From a virus (lineage: Duplodnaviria > Caudoviricetes): DNA of 32,062 bases. Every line of letters starts with the position of its first letter. The first letter of the stretch is position 1. Positions 10,191-18,600 of the stretch are shown here, piece after piece. The stretch is from positions 1-32,062 of IMG/VR virus record IMGVR_UViG_3300025687_000189; one strand, written 5' to 3'. The position numbers and the translations under genes are program-made. Under the pieces are notes generated by a model. The model was not told the origin of the DNA, made no database searches, and saw only the letters and a program-made list of their open reading frames with translations.

Positions 10191-10892
10191 ATGTGTAACC
10201 CAACAGCAGCTGTCATCGGTATCGCATCGGCAGCATCCTATTCTGCGCAAAAGAGCGCAGCCAAGAAGGCAGAAGAAGCGCAGCGTCGAGCAGAAGAAGC
10301 TGCGGCAAAAGAAGCCGAACGCCAGCGCCAGCTCGAGATTGAGCGCCAGAACCGTATCACCGAAGGGCGCACCAGCATCGATGGCGCGTTTGGTCAGTTC
10401 GATGATGATTTCTATGGCGGTCGTTCTCAGGCATATCAGGATTACGCAATGCCTGAGCTGGAGGATCAGTTCCAAGATTCCATGCGCAGCCTGGTGGCAG
10501 CGCTGGCTCGCTCCGGCAATCTGCAATCCTCAACCCGCGCTGAAAAGATGGCGGACCTCCAGGAGCAGTACAACCAGCGCAAGCTCGACATCTACAACAC
10601 CGGCATGGATTACGCCAATCAGGCGCGTTCCAACGTCGATGCGGCACGCAACGAGCTGTACACCCAGAACCAATCGCTCGCTGATCCGAACCTGATTAGC
10701 GGTAACGCAGCGGCGCGCGCAGCAACGCTTAACCAGATGCCCAGCTTCTCTCCGTTGGGACAGCTGTTTAGCGATTTCACGGCAGGCTTGGCTACGCAGT
10801 CTGATCTCGAGCGTCGCCAGATCAATCAGTACGACCAGAACCCATTGTTTAGCCTCAATAACGGCGGCAGCGGCAAGGTTGTTGGCGGCTAA
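10191..10892 (+). CDS. Putative internal virion (ejection) protein, paralogue 2
   Basis: MCNPTAAVIGIASAAS start resembles T7 gp14-type N-termini; SD AAGGAG. Confidence 0.75.
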   Translation: MCNPTAAVIGIASAASYSAQKSAAKKAEEAQRRAEEAAAKEAERQRQLEIERQNRITEGRTSIDGAFGQFDDDFYGGRSQAYQDYAMPELEDQFQDSMRSLVAALARSGNLQSSTRAEKMADLQEQYNQRKLDIYNTGMDYANQARSNVDAARNELYTQNQSLADPNLISGNAAARAATLNQMPSFSPLGQLFSDFTAGLATQSDLERRQINQYDQNPLFSLNNGGSGKVVGG

Positions 10893-10901
10893 GGAGCAAT
10901 C

Positions 10902-11627
10902 ATGGCAGAAGCACCAGCACCAGCACCAGCAGACAGCAATACAACGCTCGGCGTGAACAACGCCGGGTGGATGTACGCATTGGGTCAACTTGGCTCTGCC
11001 TTAAATGCGCGCAGCGCAGCCAAAGCGTATGCCGCAGCGATTGACCGCAATGTGGGCCGCACCCAGGCATACACGGCTGCCGAAGCAGAGCGGCAAAAGG
11101 CGCTGACCGATGAAAACATTAAGACGTTTGGTAACAGTCTTGGGCAGTTTCAGGGCGACGTTAATGCTGAGATGGGCAATCGTGCGGCTGACCTTCGTGC
11201 TGCGTATGCAAAGCAGACAGCAGGGCAGCCTCAAGCACTCGCTTCTGCGCCGCAAGCTCGAGGCATTACGGCTGATGCTCAAGCGCGCATGAACGCAGCT
11301 GCGATGCAGCGTATTGGCACGCTTGCATCGGCCATTGCAAACCTTCGTTCGTTTGGCGATGTCATGCGAGACAAAGGCCGCGTGCTTGGCGACAACGCAG
11401 GACTCATCGATCAGAACCGTAACTTCATGCGCGGCAGCGCTCAGGTGTTGGGCTCCGAGCTGCAATCCGCTCAGCTGCCTGTTCAGGCTGGTAATTACTA
11501 CTTGGGTGACGCGCTGCGTGGCCTGGGCCAGCTCGGTATGCAGTATTTCTTGACCGATCAGGAAAAGCTGAAAGCAGCAAACCAAGGGCTCGTGACTTCA
11601 ACTCCAGCGAACGCGGGGACTAATTAA
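10902..11627 (+). CDS. Putative internal virion protein (A/Q/N-rich, helical)
   Basis: SD AAGGAG, no Cys, composition and position typical of ejection proteins. Confidence 0.7.
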   Translation: MAEAPAPAPADSNTTLGVNNAGWMYALGQLGSALNARSAAKAYAAAIDRNVGRTQAYTAAEAERQKALTDENIKTFGNSLGQFQGDVNAEMGNRAADLRAAYAKQTAGQPQALASAPQARGITADAQARMNAAAMQRIGTLASAIANLRSFGDVMRDKGRVLGDNAGLIDQNRNFMRGSAQVLGSELQSAQLPVQAGNYYLGDALRGLGQLGMQYFLTDQEKLKAANQGLVTSTPANAGTN

Positions 11628-12656
11628 ATGGGACGCAGAGACAACGCATATTCTGGCTGGATGAATCCAGGGCTTGCCGAGGGGTTTAGCAATCTCTCCA
11701 AAGCAATGTTTGGCTCTGCGACTGACGACAATGTTGCAGCGGCAGCTGCGGCCAACCGTGAATTAGCGCGTAAGCGCGGCATCGAGGCAGACAACGCAGC
11801 GGATGCGCGTTCAGCGTATCAGGCCGTTATGCCGTATATGGGTGACGTGCTCCTTAATGGCCTGCCTACGCTTCCTCAGTATGCCGACGCGCCGAGCCAG
11901 GAAGGCGCAATGATTGCTGCTGAGAACCCAGAGCTGGAAGGCTTGGCTGCACCAGACCGTGTGATGACTGCGCCAACCGGCGGCGGTTATGACATGGAAA
12001 AGATTGGCGCATTGGCGAACGCCATGATGCTGAATCCGCAAGAAACGCAAAGAATGTGGCAGAGCTTTGGGGGTGCGCGTGGATTTGATGCTGCGCAGAA
12101 TGCTCCAGAAGATATGGCGCGCTGGTTGCCGATCTTTGCTGGCGGCGGAATGCCGACCCAGAATTTCTCTCCAACGCCTCAGCGCGGTGATGCAATTCGC
12201 GAGCAGGCGGTGCAGGGCAATATGCGTCGCGATGCTGCAAAGCCACAAGCGCAAAACAGCAAAGCCAACTCAATGGGCGACAAGGTATTTAAGGCGGTCA
12301 ACGAAGGCATCCAGGGCATTGTTGAAGAGTTTGGTTTCAAAAATAACGACGCTGGTGCGCAGTCTCAGCTTGAATCCGCTGCAATCGAGATAACCAAGCA
12401 AACGCAGAATCCAGTCGCGGCGGTATTGGCAATACGCCAGGCGCTAAGAGACGGAGCTCCGGTCTTTGGTGTCGGCACGAAGGATATTGACAATAATTTC
12501 TTCAATATCTTTGCTGCGAACGACCACACCAAACTGGTAATGGGACAGCAGGGAAGCACTCCGCCAGTACCGGGTGAGATCCAAAAACTTCCATCAGGCA
12601 TTTATCGATTCAAGGGTGGCGATCCCACAGTACCTGGTAGCTGGGAGAAACTTTAA
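11628..12656 (+). CDS. Putative internal virion protein
   Basis: Abuts both neighbours, no Cys, ends in YRFKGGDPTVPGSWEKL. Confidence 0.7.
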   Translation: MGRRDNAYSGWMNPGLAEGFSNLSKAMFGSATDDNVAAAAAANRELARKRGIEADNAADARSAYQAVMPYMGDVLLNGLPTLPQYADAPSQEGAMIAAENPELEGLAAPDRVMTAPTGGGYDMEKIGALANAMMLNPQETQRMWQSFGGARGFDAAQNAPEDMARWLPIFAGGGMPTQNFSPTPQRGDAIREQAVQGNMRRDAAKPQAQNSKANSMGDKVFKAVNEGIQGIVEEFGFKNNDAGAQSQLESAAIEITKQTQNPVAAVLAIRQALRDGAPVFGVGTKDIDNNFFNIFAANDHTKLVMGQQGSTPPVPGEIQKLPSGIYRFKGGDPTVPGSWEKL

Positions 12657-15600
12657 TGGCTGGCGCTCAGTTCCCGTGGGAGCAGTACGGTGAGGCCGCT
12701 GCTCCGGCCCCAGAAGCGCCTGTAGCAAAGGCAATCGAAGCGCCACTTGCTCAGCCTATTTACCCTTGGGAGCAAACTTTTTCGGGGCCATCCAGCGATC
12801 GCATGTCGCCTCCTCCCCCCCAGGGCGACCCGCAAGGGATGGTTGTGCCGCCCACCTATCAAACGCCGGACGTGATGATTCCGCATGTTGGCGATGAGTA
12901 CCGCGAACAGCCTCTTATGACCCACGATGGGCTGCCTGCTCGCCTAAACAGCGATGGCAGCTACTCAACGGAAGTCAGCATTACGGTTACTGACCCTCGA
13001 TTGAATGGCGGCTTGCCGACCAACATTCCTTCGCTTTGGGGAGGCAAGGAGCTTAATGAATATGACGCAGTAACCGCTGCGCTTTCTTCTGGCAACAAGT
13101 ACCCATCATTTGGCTCGATTGATGACGCCGTGGCGGCAGCTAAGGCAAGGTCTGCGGCTGGGGGCGCATCAGCACCACAAGTCCCGCCGCCTCCGGTACA
13201 GCAAGAGGAGAATTCGAGTTTCTGGGAAAACGTGATGAGCGCCCCAGGCAATTTCTACGATCGCCTGCAACCACCCCAGCAAGTAAAGATCATCGATGAC
13301 GTTACTGGCGGCTATCTTGGCCGTTACTCAGGTCGCGGTGTGGACAACATGCGCAAGCAAGGCAACCTGCTGGCAGCGCTTACTGGTGTCCTGAGCCCAG
13401 AAGAGTTTGCAGCGAATATTGCCGAAATCAATCGCACCATGACGCCTCGCGATCCAAGCGTCGAAGCTGGATTGAAAGAGATCGGTGACGCAGAAGGTTT
13501 CTGGAATTCGTTTTGGGAAGTTCTGACTAACCCGAAAGCGACAGGTGCTGTCGTTCTTGAATCGCTGCCGCAGTCCGTGCCGATCATTGGTGGCGGTATT
13601 GCTGGTGGTACTGCTGGTGCAGCGACCCCGGTTCCTGGCGGCGCAATCGTTGGTGCTGGCGCAGGCGCAGGCACGATGAGCTTCGCGGTTGAGTACCTGA
13701 ATACGGTCCTCGAGCAGATGGAGCAAGCCGGCGTCGATATGAACGATCCGCAAAAGATCGTTGCTGCGTTCCAAAACGAAGAGCTGATGGCCAAAGCAAA
13801 GGAAAGCGGCGTTAAGCGCGGCATTCCAATCGCCATCTTCGATGCCATTTCAATGGGGCTGGCCAGTCGCATTGCAGCGCCGACAAGAAAAGTCGTGAAG
13901 GCTGCTGGTGCTGGCGACAAAACAGCGAAGGTTGCAGGTGCTACTGCTGAAATCGGAACCCAAGCTGGACTTGGCGGCGGCGGCGAAGCTGCGGCCCAGC
14001 TTAATGAAAAAGGCAAGATCGACAACATGGGCGAAGTCGTCCTTGAAGGTGTTGCCGAGGCTGTAACAGGTGTCGGGGAAATTGGTGCAAACCAAGCCAT
14101 CGACGCGATGACCCCGGATGGCGTAAAGATTGGGCGCGAAATGCAGCGCCAAGTCGATTCGATGCAGCCAGTACCGGGCGCAGCAGAACAAACAGCGCGC
14201 CAAGCGCTTGATCCCGAGAATGCTCAGCTGCGTGTTGTGCAATTCCCCTGGGAGCAGTACGGCGAAGGCGCACCACTTCCAGGCGCTGTGACTGCCGGCA
14301 TGAACGAGCAGGCCGACAAGCCAGAGCCAGAGCCGCAGCCCGTTGAACAAGTAGCGCAGCCGCAAGTTCAAACTGTGAACCCGCAGATGCCGCAGCAGTT
14401 TGCGCCGCAGCAAATGCAGCCGCAGCCGCAAGTTCAAGGCGTAAGTCCGATCGAGTCGCCCAATGCCGGAGGCACGCTGGCGGCGAATCAGGGACAGGTT
14501 TCTACTGTCACCGGGCAGAAGATCGACGTGAATTACGAGATCGTCGAAGGCAAGAATTTGCGCCAAGCTACCGCAGACTTGCAGCCGCGCGATCGCGAGC
14601 GTGCATCGAGTGATGCGCAGATTCGTGAGATTGCGACCGGCTTAGATCCGCAGCGCCTTGGTTATTCCGCAGAAGCAGATCGTGGTGCGCCGATCATTGG
14701 CCCAGACAACATTATCGAATCAGGTAATGGCCGCGTTCGCGCAATCAACATGGCTTATGACATGAGCGGAGCTCAAGCAGAAGCCTATCGCCGCTTCCTC
14801 GTGCAGTCTGGATTCCCAGAAGCCGCAAACATGGAGCGCCCGGTCCTGGTTCGTCGTCGCACTACACAGATGGACGACAACCAGCGTCGCCAGTTCGTCA
14901 TTGAGGCGAATCAGTCTGCGACGATGAGCATGAGCAGCACCGAGCAGGCTGGATCTGACACCGCCAAAATGACCATGCAGGTTATGGGGGCTTGGCGTGG
15001 TGGCGAAGTCACCAGCGCCGCAAACCGTGATTTCGTCCGTAAGTTCATCGAAAGCGTGGTCCCGGCGTCTGAGCGCAATCAGATGATGGGTCGCGACGGA
15101 CAGCTGAGCATCGACGGCAAGCGCCGTATTGAGAATGCGATGCTGGGCAAAGCGTTTGAGAATCCAGAAATCCTGGCTCAAATGACTGAATCGACCGACA
15201 ACAATATTCGCTCAATCTCAGGGGCGTTGCTGGACATTGCTGGCCGCTGGGCGCAGATGCGCGACGAGATCAATGCGGGCCGCATTCCAGCTGAGTACGA
15301 TGTCACCCCGCAGTTGGTAGAGGCGGCGCAGGCTGTAAGCCAGATGCGAGCAGAAAATCTGTCTGCTGCGGATTGGGTCGCTCAAGAGGATATGCTGAAT
15401 CCGCGCGATCCGGTGACGGTGGCGCTCGTTAAGAGCTTCTTCGATGCGCGCCTGACAAGAGCAGCTGGGCGTGACAAGATTGTGGACGTACTGAATGGGT
15501 ACGTCGATACCGTCATGGAGCAGAGCACCGAATCCATGTTCGGCGACCAGGTGCAGCCGGTCGATGTCATCGAGCAGCGCACCAACATCAGAAACCAGGA

Positions 15601-18600
15601 GGCTCAAGGTGGCCAGCAACAAACTCTCTTCACCCAAGGCGCGGGCGGTATTGGCGCAAGCGCTAGTAACAACAGCGGAAGCCAAGGGCGTACCCCATTA
15701 CAAGGAAATCGCCAAGGAGCTGCTGGCGAAGGGCAAGGAGCAGGCACAGCTGGAGACGCCGGAAATGCCGAAACCGCGCAGCGTCCGGAAGGGTCGCAGA
15801 ACCAGCGCACCGACACCCAAGCCAGTCCGGTAGAGGGTAGCGAGCAGACCCAGGACGATGGGCAGCCAGCTGGCTACCTCGACAAGAAGGATATTGAGGA
15901 TCTAACCAAGGACGATCCAGCCTTGGCGGCTGTGGTAGCCGCGCCAGAAGAAAGGGTTATCACCGAAAACCGCGCCAAAAAGCACGGATTCATGTCGCAA
16001 GAAGAAGCGAACGACATGATCGGCCTTTGGCGCGAAAACGCTCTCAACGAGGGCGAGACTCTATCCATTGCCGCAGACAACAGCGACAAATATGTAATTT
16101 CCCTGTTTGACTCAACTGGAATGTGGGCGCGTCCCTGGGCGGAAGCCGGATACAACGTCATTACGATTGACCTGGTTGGCGACCCGAACAACCCAACCAT
16201 TTCGATCAACGGCGAAGAAGGCGACATCAGCAATCTGAATGTTGAGTGGTTTCAGAAAATGGGCGTCGATGATGCCTGGGCTGTTCTTGCGGCGTGTCCC
16301 TGTACGGATTTCGCTGCGAGCGGCGCGCGCTGGTGGGGCGAAAAGGACGCCACGGGCCAGACCGAGAAATCAAAAGAGCTGGTCTATCAGACCATGCGCG
16401 TGATTGAGTATTTGCGTCCGCCTGTTTGGGCAATCGAAAACCCTGTTGGTCGGATTGAAAAGCAGACCGGACTGCCTCCGTACCGGATGTCGTTCAATCC
16501 AAATCATTTCGGCAACCCATACACGAAAAAGACACTTCTCTGGGGTAGCTTCAACGCTGAGCTTCCGCTGGCTCCGGTCGAGCCAACCGAAGGCTCGAAG
16601 ATGCACAGCAAGTACGGCGGCAGCAGCGCAAGAACGAAGGCTGCGCGCTCTGCAACTCCAGAAGGTTTTGCCTACTCGTTCTTTAATGCAAACAGCTATA
16701 ACAGGTTAAAACCGGCAGAAAGAACGCACCTCAGATTCCCGGCAATCGACAAGCAGCTGATCTTCAAGTCGCTGTTGTCTGGCATGTCGGAGCGCGATCT
16801 TGCTACTGCAATCGAAGATCAGTATTACGACGGCGACATTGAGGCCGCAGAAAAGATACTGTCAGACTTCATCGCAGAGAAAGACGCGAGCGATCTTAAG
16901 AAACGTGGCAATGACGACGAAGCCGCGCAAAGAAAGAAGGATCTTGATGATGCGCTGCTCCAAGCCATGCTTGGCGGAAGGCTCAAGGATGAAGCCCCCA
17001 GCAGCACTTCTAAGGCAGACGCTGGCCGCGAAAAGAACCAGCGTTTCCGTGGAACGCAAACGCAGAACCTGGAAACTGTTGCCAGCTTCACCAAGCGCAC
17101 CTCGATCTATGAGAACGCTTTTTATGAGCTAGGCGCAGATCCTGCGAAGGCGTCTTTGTGGTCGCCGGTACGCCAGTTCGATTTCCTCGCGAAAGGGCTG
17201 CGCGATACCTACCAGCTGAGCTTTGTGCAGAAAACCAAGCGCGCCAACATTCGCGAAGGCATCGACCAGCTGCTCGACGGTTATCGCAACATGCAGTTTA
17301 TGGCGCATGTTCTGGATCTTCCTTCCAGCGCAATCGGCCTTGAAGGAACCCTGGGTTTGGTGCTGCGCAGAAATGTTGAGTACCTGGGCGCGTACTATCC
17401 GCATGGTGGTCCGATTGAAGGCGTGATTACTGATGCGCCAACAATCTCAATTCCGCGTCGCTCAAATAGCTTTGCGCATGAGTGGGGCCATGCTTTCGAT
17501 TACTGGCTGATGGGCAAATACGCCGAAGGCGAGCTGCAAGGCACGCTGTCTGCGGCGGTGCGTACAGGCGAGCCGGTAAGCGACGTCATGCCACAAGATG
17601 TTAAGGAGTCGTTCACCCTGCTGATGCGGACCCTGTTCTTTGATCGGGCCGCTGAGGCGCAGCAGATCATGGACCTTGAGCGCAAAATCGAGGTAGCCAA
17701 GACCGATGAGGCGCGCAAGAAGTACCAGGACCAGCTGGATAAAGTTCTGTCCGGCCAGTCCAAGAGCCGCAAAGACCGCAGCGATTACTACAAGCAGCAA
17801 GAACAATATGTGAAGCGCCGTGGCGGCGATCTGGACTACTGGCGCAAGCCGACGGAAATGCTGGCGCGTGCGTTTGAAGCGTATGTCAGTTTCAAGGTCG
17901 AAGCCGCAGGCGGATCAACCGAGTTCATTGGTAAGGGCTCGGAAGCCTACCAATCCGACGCGACTGATCGTCTTGAGCTGACTTTCCCCAAGAACAGCGA
18001 CCGTTTCAACATCTTCCGCGCATTCGACTTGCTGTTTGATTCGGTACACCGCGAGAAGGTGTTTAAGGATGGCTCGTCTGCCGCGCGTCCGCGGGATGTC
18101 ATCCTGTCGAACCCGGCGACCTATTTCCGCGACTCAATCAATACTAAAAACACCACACTCAAGGGCGTGTTCCAAGGCGAAATGGAGCAGATGCAGCGGG
18201 AAGTTCGTCAATGGAAGGCGTTTTGGAATCGCCCCAGCGACGGTCTGGGGCCGGTTGAGCGCGTAGGTCGCGCGCTTGAAGGGGTTTATCGCACCAATCG
18301 TGGCGCTGTGCTCAAGATGGAAAAGCGCTATCGCAAGCGTGGCAACAACGCAGCAGGCAATGCGATCTGGAACATCACCAAGCGCCTAGCGTCTGACCCT
18401 GGCGCGGGCCGCTCGACCTTCGATGGTGGCACTTACACCGAAGCGCTCGATCGCGAAATGATGCGTTACGAGAATCGCTTGGATGGGCTGATCGAGCGTC
18501 ATGGCATTTTGGATTTCACCGAGAAGGAGCAGGCTGAGCTGCGCAGCGTACTGACCGCGCAGGGTGTCGAAGCCAACAGCGCCAGTCCGAAGGTGGCCGA

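Noticed and set aside
10911-10931. (GCACCA)n microsatellite as a phase-variation site
   Set aside because: A 6-bp in-frame unit encoding an APAPAPA linker; copy-number change would not shift the frame.
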